The translations under genes and the position numbers were made by a program. From positions 66,340,001-66,404,000 of the forward strand of contig NC_043001.1 of assembly GCF_006345805.1 (NCBI RefSeq): a stretch of DNA of 64,000 bases, in the 5' to 3' direction. A model generated the notes under the pieces. It saw only the letters and a program-made list of their open reading frames with translations, searched no databases and was not told the origin of the DNA. How positions within the stretch are numbered: the stretch's first letter is position 1; each line of letters opens with the position of its first letter. The DNA comes from Octopus sinensis. Taxonomy: Eukaryota. Below, one piece after another: positions 26,201 through 39,203 of the stretch.

Positions 26201-27371
26201 ACTGGCATTCCACTCTCTAGTACTTAGATGAGCTGTATTTCACCTCTACCTTTTCTATCACTACAACAATGGCCTCTGCTCCTCAGAGCTAGCTGTTCTC
26301 ATAACTTCTACATAACTCCTCAGGCCTTCTCAAATCACACTCACTTTTTCATATTGTGACCCTTACTCCAGATTAAGTCCTTCTTCATCAGAATGTCAAC
26401 CACTCAGAATATCGTTCCTGTAGCCAATTAAAACAAGGAATTATTATAATAAAATGTATCTTTAGTAGTATTTCATAGTTTCATTGAAATTAATTTATCT
26501 TATTTTTGTTAATTTAACAAATATTTATTTACATATTTTATTTTTCAGAAAACCAGATATTAATTTAATGTTCCTATAACTCCAAAAGTTTTTAAATAAC
26601 ATCTTCTGTATGTGATAGATTACAAGGAGTTATTCCTTAAGCAGAAAATATTTTTAGGAAAATGACTGTAACCAACTTAATCAACATTAGTGTATTATTG
26701 ATAATAAAAATACTGAAAATCAAAGTGGATAGCAGTTAGAAGTGAACTCAAAATGACATGATTACTGTATTGTATTTAGACTAGAGGTCTATCTATTTAG
26801 TCAGCTGTCTAACTATTTGTCCTACAGCTCTAATTGATTTGTTCTATTTAGTCTAAGTATTCTATCTGGATTAATGTGGTTCCTGGAAGGCAAGATGCAC
26901 ATCTGTGGATCAGAGGTTAAAATTTGTTGGTATGCTCTTGCCATTCATTGGAATTTGCCTTCCTTGGAATGTGGTCCAGAATGTGTGTGGGGAGGTACCA
27001 CTAGCCCAGATATCTGAGCAATGTAACTTTGTAAAAGGCCAATTAATAAGAACTGAAGTACTCTGGTTCTGAAGAGGAAGACTGGCTTTGGGGGTGTATT
27101 TTCTTACTGTATAACATCTGTGAAATTACCAGGAAAGATCATCAAAAACTATGAAACCTATTGTATAAAGCAATAGGTAGTTGCAATAAAGAGGAGTACC
27201 TCCTCCAGGTACCTATTTACAGCTAAAGGAACTGAAGAAGCTAGAATTAAGTTTATTTATCAAGAATGCAACACACCACTGCTGACTGGATGATTTGAAG
27301 TGTCAAACCTTAGTTTACTTATATAATGACACCCCCATGACTAGACACTGTGAATCCCTCATGCAAATATA

Positions 27372-27592
27372 CAGGGTTGACCAAAAATTACCTGACAGCA
27401 AATCAAAATTCCATAAATACTATCTATACTCGAATGGAAAAGTGTGTCATTCAAGAAGGATTTCAGTTTGAACAATGTTCATGATGTTTCATATTTAGAA
27501 GCTTTTATTAAATTCATTCAGTTGTTAAACATAAATAAATCTTGGAATTAAATGGTTTTGATTTACTGTCAGGTGACTTTTGGCCAACCCTG
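27372..27592. mobile_element. 221-bp Tc1/mariner deletion derivative (MITE)
   Basis: ~37-bp TIRs CAGGGTTGACCAAAAATTACCTGACAG / CTGTCAGGTGACTTTTGGCCAACCCTG with a TA duplication on both sides; internal RMEKCVIQEGFQFEQ resembles a transposase C-terminus. Confidence 0.9.
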
Positions 27593-28026
27593 TATGTTCT
27601 TTTATTTTAATGTTGTCATTGCTAGAATATAAATAGACATAAGACATCTAGTAATTACCTATGCACCTTACTTATGGAACAGGTTTTACAAGTGAGTCAT
27701 GTCATACCTGACTAGTTATACTTCTGAAGATCATTAATCACCATGATGTCTGTCATGAAAGTTAAAATTCTGGCACACAGCTGAATGCATGAAGATTGGT
27801 ATTTTAATAGACTTTTAGATACTTATTTGTAATGTAATATATGGTTAGATAGTTTAGCTTGCCCTAATAAAACTATAGTTAGCAATGATCTCTTCAGTTT
27901 GATGTTTTGTAGTAGTATTTGGGTGAATGGGATGTCACACTGCTCTCTTTCTCTCTTACTATCTTTCTTTTTAATTTCTCTCTCTCTCTATAAATATATG
28001 TACACACACACACACACACACACATA

Positions 28027-28351
28027 TGGTTAATGAAAGACAGAAGATGGAAGATATGAGAATTTTTGTTAATCATTACAACTGTTTTGACCCATCTAAC
28101 ATCGATCCCTCATGGTTGGGATAATTAATTTGCTGCTTTTCCTTAAGTGACCTGAGAAGATACATTGTGGAGCTGTTATTTTAACAAGTTATATTTATTT
28201 ATCATCCAAAGAGATACGTCTGCATTGTCAGATGCTCCTGAACCAGTTGTTAAGTATCCCACCTGTGGGGGATCGATGCTAGATGAGTTGAAACAATTGT
28301 AGTGATTAATAAAAATTCTTTTACCTTCTGTCTTTCATCTCTCATTAACCA
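28027..28351. mobile_element. MITE with ~95-bp imperfect TIRs
   Basis: 28027-28123 is the reverse complement of 28255-28351 (CATCTAACATCGATCCC / GGGATCGATGCTAGATG). Confidence 0.8.
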
Positions 28352-28599
28352 ATGAACACTGAGAAAGTGTCATGCTTTACCAGTAAGCTACAAGGTATCA
28401 ACCATTTATTTTATTATCTTATATATGTGTGAGTGTATACCTTTGTGTGGGTGGGTGGGTGTACTTTAGCCTTCAATATTTCACATAAACCTATCTCACC
28501 CTCTCTCAAATACACTCCTACTCAGATGCAAAGTTTTTTCTTAACCTTTACTCTGATGACCTCAGTGCTGAAGTCACACACACTAAGAAAAAAACCCAG

Positions 28600-28852
28600 T
28601 ACACACTGTAGAGTGGTTGGCTTTAGGAAAGCCATCCAGCTGTAAAAACCACGCCCAAACTGACCCCCACCTGTGTGAGTGCCACATGAAAGGCAGTCAG
28701 CCCACACTACAGAATGGTTGGTTGGCATCCAGCCATAAAAACCATGCCAAAACACACAGAGAAGCATGGTGCAGGCTCCGGCATGGCCAGCTCCTGTCAA
28801 ACCATTCAACCCATGCCAGTATGGAAAGAGGATGTTAATCGAAGATGATGAT
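28600..28852 (+). mobile_element. RTE 3' UTR fragment
   Basis: AGGAAAGCCATCCAGCTGTAAAAACC...ACCCATGCCAGTATGGAAA...GATGATGAT. Confidence 0.8.
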
Positions 28853-28856
28853 ATAT

Positions 28857-29190
28857 ATCATCATCGTTTAATGTCCGCTTTCCATGCTAGCATGGGTTGG
28901 ACATATGACTGAGGGCTGGCAAACCAGATGGCTGCACCAGGCTTCAATCTTGACCTGGCTGAGTTTCTACAGCTGGATGCCCTTCCTAATGCCAACCACT
29001 CTGAGAGTGTAGTGGGTGTTTTTACGTGCCACCAGCACGGGGCCAGTCAGGCAGCACTGGCAATGACCTCGCTCGAATCTTTTACACATGCCACCGGTAC
29101 GAGTGCCAGTAAGGCGATGCTGGTAACGATCCCACTCAAATGGTGTTTTTTACGTGCCACCGGCATAGAGGCCAGATAGCCACTCTGGCA
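28857..29190 (-). mobile_element. RTE 3' UTR fragment, tail-to-tail with the previous one
   Basis: ATCATCATCGTTTAATGTCCGCTTTCCATGCTAGCATGGG plus TTTTACGTGCCACC modules. Confidence 0.9.
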
Positions 29191-29197
29191 AGCCAGA

Positions 29198-31047
29198 GAC
29201 AAATGTAACTCTTCAGCTTTGGGAGGCAGGAATCTGTTACAGTCATTTGGTCAGTTAGTTACCAAAGATTAAACAGTCTGGGATCAGTGAGGATGGGCTA
29301 TCTCCCTTAGACCAGTGTTTTGTGAGCCAAAAGAGGGGGAACAAAGATGCTTTTGGATCATAAGGACCCTTCTGGATCTAATCAGAGAACAGGGAATCCT
29401 ATGCTTGTAGCAGGTAGTGTTTGAAATGGATACAAGGACTGTAAATTTCCTAGTGAGTGTTCAGTGATCAGGTTTCGGGGATTCTTTGAGTATCTTTGCT
29501 TGCTAAGCTATACAAAGCTTACAGTGTTTGCTCCTGTGAATGTAAGATTCCGGCTACTCTAAGATCCTCCATTTGATATCATATGGGCTCCCTTCATCTT
29601 TAAGGCACCACACACAGCTGGATAGAGATGTGACAAACCATCTTTCAAAAATCTTGAAAGAGGACCTGTGGTTGTACAGGCATTGCTTGAAGGCTGTCCT
29701 GGCTGACCCAATATATTTCTAGGCTTGAGTATTGGTTGTGCTCACATTACTGGTGCATCTTCAGTTGGCTCCAGGCTTGGAGAAGTTTTATTGCCACCAG
29801 TGTAGCTGTTATCATTACAAGGTGTGGGTCCAGACACCCAGCTGAGTACTTGACAGACACTGACTTTGCTGACGACATCGCTCTTATCAGTGATTCTCTC
29901 TCCAATGCCCAGTCTCTTTTACAATCTCTTGAACAAGCCTCAAATTGTGTAGGTCTTTACCTTAATGAGACCAAAACTGAATACATAAACAAGTGCCTGT
30001 CCAACAGTGATTGCATCATCCACACTCTCAACAGTGCACCTTTAAATATGGTTTCTGATTATAAATATCTTGGGTCATACATATCATCATCTGGAAAAGA
30101 CTTTCTAACTAGAAAGGGTATGGCCTGGTCAGCCTGTAATGACATGCATAAGATCTGGTCATCAAATCTAAGTAGAGACTTCAAACTTGAAATATTCAAA
30201 GCCACAGTCGAACCAATCCTACTATATGGCTCAGAAACCTGGACGTTATCAAAGAAGCTTGAGAGGCGGTTGGATGGAACCTACACTCGCCTCCTTATGA
30301 GAGCTCAAAATCTCTCGTGGAGGCGCCATCCAACTAAAATGCAAATATATGGGAAATTACCACCTGTGTCATCTCTTGTGAAGGGTAGGAGAGTCCAGTT
30401 TGCTGGACATTGTTGTAGAGCTGAAAAAGAAGTAATTTCTACTCTTCTCCTCTGGAAGCCATCTACTCGCAACACCAGAGGGCGCACACTCTCCTGCCCT
30501 GATGTAATCTCCAGGGATACAGGCATCCAGCAACAGGACCTCCGTAATGCTATGATGGACCGTGAAGTCTGGCGCAACATGGTAAATTCCATTGTCTCGA
30601 CCACGGTCGAACAATGATGATGATGAGTGTTATTGCTGTGGCTGGCTGTTGTCATTGTGGTAGTCATCCCTGGTCATGGCACTGGCACTACTGTTGCTGA
30701 TGGTGATGAGGGTGCTGTAGTTGGTAATGTTGAGTGAGGGACCAGTAGCCTTGCTAGTGCTGCTGGTGTTGGTGTGGTCATCCTCTCTGGCCATAATGCT
30801 GGTGCTGGAGTCATTGGCATCAGTGCTGGTGTTTCTGCCACTGTCATTGCTGCCAATATTGTTAGATGATCCATTGCTGCTGTTACTATGGTCTCTAGGT
30901 CTGGGTATTACCACAGTCTCATAGATGACTCTCTCAGCCTCAAACTGAACAGTCATTATACACTTTGCAACAGCAACTGGCCTCCTCCTGCTGACCAAAT
31001 GACTGTAACAGATTCCTGCCTCCCAGAGGTGAAGAGTTACATTTGTC
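29198..31047 (-). mobile_element. Penelope-like element relic (GIY-YIG endonuclease) with 57-bp inverted termini, interrupted by an RTE
   Basis: Minus strand C...VIYETVV (30921-30929) and KYIGSARTAFKQCLYNHRSSF...SLSSCVWCLK...IKWRIL...CKLC (29500-29718); 29198-29254 is the reverse complement of 30991-31047 with 2 mismatches. Confidence 0.75.
29815..30626 (+). mobile_element. 5'-truncated RTE LINE (second family) with an open RT C-terminus
   Basis: DFADDIAL, YKYLGS, LLYGSETW and QFAGHC motifs in ORF 29736-30617; (TGA)n tail. Confidence 0.92.
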
Positions 31048-31835
31048 ACCATTGGTCACTCTATGACTAGACATAGACTGAACTATTTATAAATATATTA
31101 CTGCTCTATGCTTTAGAATGTGCTTATTTTTGAGATAGATGACATCATCATCATCGTTTATATATATATATACACACACACATACAGAAAGTACTACCAT
31201 TAAAAAAGGGTAAACATGTAGGAAATAAAGTAAAGAATTTATGAAGCAGAAGACCTTCCCTCAAATTGACATTGCCTGAACAGGTGCATGGTGTATCACA
31301 CATCAGGCATCAAAGTGATTACAGAGTAATGTGAGAAGTAATTTACTCAAGAACACAACACACCAACCGGTCTATAAAGAGTTTTTGTATTTGGTTTGCA
31401 AGATTCTTGAAGTGAACTTTTGAACTGAAACAGATTTTGTTGTGTCTCAAGTGGATCTTTATGCCAATAATAAATGCACACACTAGTTTTATCGTTTGAT
31501 GAATTGTTCAATTAATCAATCAATCTGCTATACCTTTCATCACCATTTGCAACCTCATCAATGACCCAACCTCTCTACTCCAGGTCTCCTTGCAGTTCGA
31601 CTTGTGTAAGAAAAAATATGGACAGAGGAGCAGGAAGGTTGGTTGGTTAGTTAAGTTTTTAAAAGTGTGAATGGAGAGTAACACTAAAATAATATTGTTT
31701 TGTCATGTTCATATTTGACCTTGAAAAATACCTTTATCTGCCGTTCCATGATTACATCTTCCAACTGAAATAATAACAATAATAACGAGCTTAATGTATA
31801 CATGGCTCATGTAACAAAACCTCATCAGAAAAATT

Positions 31836-32125
31836 TTAAAAGGGCAGCAGATATATAAGTAAAATATAGAAAGACAGCAATGGTAGCTCGAAGTATATGC
31901 ACAGTGCATAGAATGAAATACAAAAATAGAGAAAAGTGAACATTAAAAGAGTCACAGAGAGGAAAGATTCAGTAGTAGTATTTTGGAAAGCAGTTTGAGT
32001 AGCTTTTGGAGTAATAATGGTCACCTGTAACTCAACTAACTGCAAGCTTTTATTATTTTTTTTATTTATTGTCGTCTCTAACCCACCACCACCAATATCA
32101 TCAACACCACCAGTAATAATTTTTC
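31836..32125 (-). CDS. Candidate terminal exon with a hydrophobic (TM/GPI-like) C-terminus
   Basis: Acceptor TATTACTATTTCTCACAG; the phase-1 frame is open for 96 codons and ends ...ESFLSVTLLMFTFLYFCISFYALCIYFELPLLSFYILLIYLLPF*. T-rich non-coding DNA can mimic this. Confidence 0.25.
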
Positions 32126-32845
32126 CTGTGAGAAATAGTAATACATACATTAATCAGTATCGTTATTAAAAAATTCTCTTTTATTTGTGTAGTTTTTGTT
32201 CTCCATAAAACTTTTTTCACATAAAATGATGTAGCCATATCTAGATCACAGCAGGTAAGGGAGGCAACTTTGTTTTATTTCACTATTACAGTGTTCAACT
32301 TTGCCATTAAACCGTTTGGATGGTATAAAGTACCAGTTAAATATTAGGATCGATGATTTCAACTAACACCCACTTATCATAATTACTGGCATAGTGCCTA
32401 AATTAGAAACAATTATGGTATTACACAGTACTTGCTTATATAGACAGACAAACAGACAAGCTGTGGTTTTGTCTACACATATATATACTATGGATACAAA
32501 AGGAACTCAAGAATAGTAAAGGATAAAGGAAGAAAGAAGACATCAGAAATGGAAAAGGCTAAGAAGTGGCAAAGAAAACTCTAAGAGAAGACACCACCAC
32601 CAGGTATCAGCAGGTTGGTGGGTACAAACAAGGCACACCTGTTCAACATGCGCAAAGACAAGGTAACATAGAAATGATGGCAGTCTTGGAGAAATGCATA
32701 AGAAATAAAAGAATGGGTGCATTGAGGTCATCTTCCTATTGTTCTTAATGGTTTCATCATAAAGGGAAATCAAAGCTATAAGCACAAGTTCATTAGCATG
32801 GAGTAGTTCCCATGAGGAGCCTGGCTTAAATTCTTCTGTTATGGA

Positions 32846-33157
32846 CTAGGGGACTATGATAAATAAGAGGGGACTAATAACCAAACTCTGATAAACTCCT
32901 ACACTTAATTCATCACTGTACTCATAGATAAATCTCACTTTTCTGACTACATACCAGTACATGCCTTGAATGGCTCTTACTAGCCGTTCATCTATTCCTA
33001 GCTTCTGTAGCAACCACCAGATGAGAGAGCAAGGCACCCTGTCAAATGCATTCTCCAAGTTGATGAATGCCAAGTACAGTGGTTTATTTTTTGTTAAATA
33101 ATTCTCTTGCAGTGGATGAATTATGAAGGCAGCATCAGTAGTGCTTCTCCCCAGCAT
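32846..33157 (-). mobile_element. RTE RT fragment
   Basis: GRSTTDAAFI..LQENYL...LENAFDRVP...GVYQSLVISPLLF. Confidence 0.9.
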
Positions 33158-36100
33158 GAAACCAAACTACATCACATCTTGGTTAAGTGGTTAACTGTCT
33201 TCTGAATTAATTAAGCTATAACTTTTACACACACACATGTGCATATGTGTGCGTGCATGTGTGTGTATGCGCGCGTTTAAATATAGCACCTGAAAATAAT
33301 TTTTAAACAGATTGATATATATGTAAAATAAAAAGAACATGGTAGTTTATTATCTAGAAAATTCAGAGAAAAATATTGACATGTAACTAAATTTTATGGG
33401 CAATAATTAGATATAACCTACACATACACAAGCATAACTTTGATGCCTTCTTTTGTAATGAAATTTATTAAAAGTTTATATTTGATTCTTCAGGATATGA
33501 AATTTCTTTTATAAATACCATGACTGGAACATTAGAAGTTTCAGGTGTGTTAATAAGAAAACAATGCAAAAGAAAATAAAGTTAAAAAATAGAAGAAATA
33601 CTCAAAAACAGAGACTTTTTATCTGTACATTTATTTACAAATATAACATATGAAATGGTTTAGTACATTTGTATCTAATATAAAAATAAAAAGAAATCTT
33701 GGAAGGCCACAACACACTCTTAATAAAATTATTGGTTAGTTTATTTTACTCTTTAAAAAAATGTTATTAAAAGCTCTCAAATTATTTTTATTCCAAGCTC
33801 TTCATAGCAATATATATGTAAATTCTCTGTGACTTAGAATATACATTGTAACATTAAACACACACTTAGTCACATGGCCCTCAAGCCTTACAGCAATGTT
33901 TATATTACATTGGAATAGATGAAGTACCACTGAAGTATTAAACACTCCTCCCTCTTGAAGTGATTTCAGAAAGGAAATATTTAGCTACTCCACTATGGTT
34001 CACTTCATCAAGACAATGGACAGATTACAATTCAGAATTGCAAGCTAAACAAAATGCTCTTCAGGCTACATATTTACTTCAAGGTGAACTGTGTCGTTGT
34101 CAGTTAAATAACCCTGCTTGAGACATTAGGACACACCAGTAACAGAATGAAAACTATATAGCAAGCTAAATGCAGGAGACATAGGATATCTATGTTAGAT
34201 TACCATTGGTTAGCCATCCTCTTTCACTCTATATAAAATGGTTTGATGCTACTCTGAGATATTTCAAACACACTACATGCATGCACACAACATAATGCAA
34301 TCACATATATTGTGTAACTCAACAAATATGCTTTCACACAACATAGAATAACAAACTACAAGAACATGTCCAAGGTTAGAATTATCAACTGAACTAAATA
34401 CAATAGTACAACTACTATAATGTAACTAGTATTGTATGATGACGATATATTTTATCATTATTAATTCTGTAGAAGGAGATGAAGGGCTATGTGTGTGTGT
34501 GTAAAACTAAGACACAAATTAATCTAAGTATGAACTGGTTGTATACACAACAAATAAAGTAAATACTGAATTTTCAATTTGGTCCAATCAACACCAAATC
34601 CATTATCACATTAAAAGTATTTTAAATCATTTCCAGTATTTTAAATTATTTTTTTTTCTTATCATTAAACAAAGCTTTGATAATGCTATCAAAATCCTTT
34701 GCCTAAATTTGTCACAACCAATGCACTTTTAAAACAGTATTTTTATTCCATCAGACATAGTCTAAGTGTTTAATGTAAAGATAATTGTAGCATGTTATTC
34801 TAATTGGTAAACAAACACACAATCACAGATTTAAGGCAGCAACTAAAGCAAAGAAACCAAAATATGTACCAAAAGAAAATTTTTTAAATCTGTACTTAAA
34901 AAAGTATTTGCAATTAGAAAAATTCCAACGATAAGATATCTTTGGATTATTATTATTATTTTGTTGTTGTTGTTGTTGTTGTTATCGAATAACCAGCCTT
35001 AGTCCATTCTATATCAATGAATGTATAAAGAATTGTGGTAATGGTGAGTTGTTTGATGAATGAAACCCACAACCAGGTTTCAAGTCACATCTGAAACTTC
35101 ATTGACAATACAAATACTTTCTGAAAGATATAAACATGACAGTCTCTTCCTCTTAATTCTGAAGTCCCCAAAAAAGGAATTATTTTGTTGTTGCTGTTAG
35201 CATCATCTCTAGATAAAGTTACATGCAATATTTTCTAAGAAAGTGTGACTCTAAACAAAGATACTGTAATTATAGTTACTTTGAAGATAAAAATGTCAAA
35301 GAATAAAAATTAGAATAATGTGAAAGTAAACAAGGTGAAGATTGGAGTAATTAATGATTGTATTTTGATTAATGGTGCATTAATTAAAAACAGTAGAAAA
35401 AAAAGAGTTTATATCTGTGGTGGTGATGACAATAATGGTAGTGTAGATGATGATTGTAATGATGGTTGTAATGATAATGATGATGGTGGTGGTGATGATA
35501 ACGGTGGTGGTGGTGGTGGGAAGTTGTGGCACTGATAACAATCTTACAAAAGGAACAAAATAATAATAAAAAGAGAAAAGACTGGGGTGAAATCACACAA
35601 ATTATTGCTTAACAGAAGAAAGAAAACCTCAAACCCAAACTCTACAAAACTGTTAAATAAGATAATATAATCAGTTTCAACAGTCAACAGAATTTTTTAC
35701 AGATCATCATCATAATAATCAACATCATATCTTAATTATGATCATAATCAATATCATATCTTAACAATGAACGTAATGAACATCATAGTAATCACTATTA
35801 TATGTATCATCACAATTATAATTATCATAATAATTATTAACATAATTATGATCACCATTTCAATCATTATCAGTAAGTATGGTTGGCTTGATCTACATGT
35901 TTCAATACAATGTAGCTGAAAGAGATGGTATTTGTAGAAGAGGCAGGATATGGTATGAATTAAGCCAGTCTTACTGGTATTTACCTTATTGATTTTGGAA
36001 GGACAAACCCTTCCTGAAATTGAGCAAGAATGGAAAATGATAAAACTTAGTATGATTAAACATTTGATTAGGTATAATATCCCTCTCTTAGCATTCCTTT

Positions 36101-36632
36101 TAACTTCAAGAGTCTCAATGTCTGATTTAACTATTTAATCCAATTTTTTTCCTTTCCCAACTTCAACGATAGACAACCTTCACACTCAAGTAAACAACAA
36201 TTTTTCACCCAATTGTCTCAACTTCTATTTTCTGCCACATGCCTATACCAGTCATCTCTCCTACATAGATTGGCCAATATTTATAGAAATTTACTCACAT
36301 CTTCTACTATTTCATTAATGTAATTACTTCAATGACACTTTACTATTAATTAAACAGTGGATGAAGAAGTGAAATTAAAACATTAGCAACTAATTAGATG
36401 TTAACTTATTTCTTCAGGACTGGATCATGATGATCTAGCTGTTGGAATAACCTTCTTACCAATGTTGGAGCAAAACACGGTTAAAATATAATGGTGACGA
36501 CTAACAATACAGTAACAAGATATTTAAAGTCTAAAAATATTTAAAATATATCAAAACTTTCTGATACATCTCATTAAACCTTTTAATAGAAATCTAATGA
36601 AGACTACCACTGGTTCTGTGGTACAAAACTGG

Positions 36633-36757
36633 CTATAATAAAAGTGCAAGAACACTGGAAACGGTGATGATGGTGTTGTGTGTCAGTAATATTTGTTGAG
36701 TGAAGTGTGTGAGTTTGGATATGTTGCAGGAATGGGGTGAGAAAGAGGAGTTTTCAT
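36633..36757 (-). CDS. Candidate terminal exon with a GPI-signal-like end
   Basis: Acceptor TCTATTCTTTTCAG; phase-1 frame ENSSFSPHSCNISKLTHFTQQILLTHNTIITVSSVLALLL*; followed by ~3 kb of TE-free UTR-like DNA and AATAAA at 33635-33630. Confidence 0.3.
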
Positions 36758-36918
36758 CTGAAAAGAATAGATTTTTTTTTTGCGACTGTTATTTTTTAAA
36801 ACTGAATAATGGATTGACAAATATTTGTCCAGTTCAATGCACATACACACATGCATGTATACACACATACACACATGTACATGTATATATGTGAACATGT
36901 AGAAGAAATTATGATAAA

Positions 36919-37074
36919 CATAAGTTTATGTCATTTGTTCCTACATATGTCTCATCACTGTGGTAGTTTGGAATTCTGCATTGGATGTCCCAAGTGCAAC
37001 TGCAACATCAAATACAAAGTTGTAAACAACCACAACGAGGAAGCATATGTAGGAACAAATTATATAAATTTATT
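36919..37074. repeat. Imperfect ~155-bp palindrome
   Basis: Perfect 17-bp core ATTTGTTCCTACATATG (36933-36949) / CATATGTAGGAACAAAT (37044-37060), with pairing extending inward and outward. Confidence 0.85.
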
Positions 37075-37388
37075 TTGATTGCAATGTTTGCTACAGTTGC
37101 TCAGTATATCATAACTAATAATACTACAAAATATAGTAGTACCCAAACCACTATACTTGAAGCAGACAGAATGGTGGTAATCTTTGTGAAGTTCTAAACT
37201 CAACAGTAGCAGTCATATAGCTATTTGTACACACAAGATATACTACATATGTGCAGGTAAATGTATGTATTTATCTATTATACACATTCTCTATACATGT
37301 GCATGCATTTGTGTGCATGTATACATATGCATGTATACATATGCATGTATGCATGTCTGTATATATACATACATACATTCTATACATG

Positions 37389-37503
<115 letters not shown>

Positions 37504-39088
37504 GTTTGCATCTATATATATACACATAATCACGTACATATATACATATGTATGTCTGTTGATTCACACACACATACATTTACAGTAGTTCTATTTACAA
37601 AATAATTTTACTAACAAATTAAAAAGAACTCACCTCTTGATATAGAGCATATTTATTATGTTTACTAATTCAGGCCTCTTCAAAATATCTTGTTACTCAA
37701 ACTTTGAAGCTGTTTTAGAACGAAATTTAGAGAGGGGCCGTATAAACAATTTAATCACCCCACTACTTGGGAGATGCATATTCTGTCAACCCCAGGAGGA
37801 AGAAAAGTAAATTGGCATTAATGGGGTTTTAACTCAGAACATAAACACTGTAAGTCTAGAAGACATAAGACGCACATTACATAGTCTAGTATATTTCTAC
37901 AAGGGATTCCAGATGCGAAAAGGATTGAAAGAGAAGACCTTGGAGAGATAAAAGACAGTCAATTTGTGCGCAACTTAAAGTCAGTACATAAAAAGCAATG
38001 GACTTTGTGAATAGATAACTGTGATCGATAAAATAGGCACGAGCTAGAGTAGCAGTGTAGCTGAATGCAGACTAAGATAGCAGTAAAGTGAGCAGTGTGG
38101 TTTAGTGAAGCAATGCCCACAAATCTGTATAGCTGACATCACAGCTAAACTTATCAACTTTATATAGATATTAGGGTTAGTAAACATGGAAGAAAACTAG
38201 TTGATGTGGAAGTATTGAGCTCGAAATGATCAAAGGATAGTTATCAAGATAGGGGACCAAACTAACAAAGGTAGTTTTTACTTGGCCTCTGAGACCTATG
38301 TGTTTACTCAAAAATGGTCTCACCACCTTCTAAAAGTAGCAGCCAAATATTTCTCAAACCACACCTTAACAGTTTAAAAAATGGAAGGATACCTAAAATA
38401 ATGTAATCTTTGACAAAAAAAAATACAGAAAAGAAAAACATGGGTTGATTATAATTGGAACATTTTTTTCTAATAGAAGTTCTGCTGGCTTGGTATTTCA
38501 TCTGGGGTTAAACAACAACATTTTTCCAAAGACTAACTATAATATTTATAACAAACATTTGTGAGAAGTTTTTGTTCTATTTATTAAATTGAACAATCAC
38601 CATTTGTGCTTAATGTAACCCAAAAGTAAAGGTGCTTGCCTTATTATAAGGTTTACTGCAATACAGTGCACGCAAATATTGAATCACAATAAATCCATTA
38701 TTAGTAATCCCCCAAACTTACTGCTTTTATACCAAAATTTGAAATCATCATTATTATTATTATTATTATTATTATTACAACTGGTTCCAACATGGTTGTC
38801 CTAAATCTTACGAAATAAAAAAGTATAAAAGTTATTTCAAACTACTAATAAGAAAAATACATTTTTAAATGCTTTTCTAACAACATACATATATACAGAC
38901 ATGCATGCATGCATACATACATGCATACATACATGTTCATTTTTATGTGATGTAATATATGTAAAAACAACATTAAACTGAAAGATTGATTTTTTAAAGA
39001 GAGTACAGATTAATTTTAGCAAGTAAAAAGTTGACAGCTACTTCGAAGTTTGATGACGGCGAACCAGCCGAGTTTCTGAAATCACTCG

Positions 39089-39159
<71 letters not shown>

Positions 39160-39203
39160 CAATAATAAATCTCTGAACGAGATATAAACAGTAACCGCTC
39201 GAC

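Noticed and set aside
25700-26400. Possible LINE endonuclease relic
   Set aside because: Only a faint GDxNAH-like resemblance needing frameshifts; not enough to call.
35384-35596. Signal peptide plus His-rich secreted peptide
   Set aside because: The His run is the translation of a (CAT/CAC)n simple repeat, and the hydrophobic start comes from T-rich DNA; no other coding support.
37634-37709. Coding exon bounded by a good acceptor and GAG|GTGAGT donor (- strand)
   Set aside because: All three frames contain stops.
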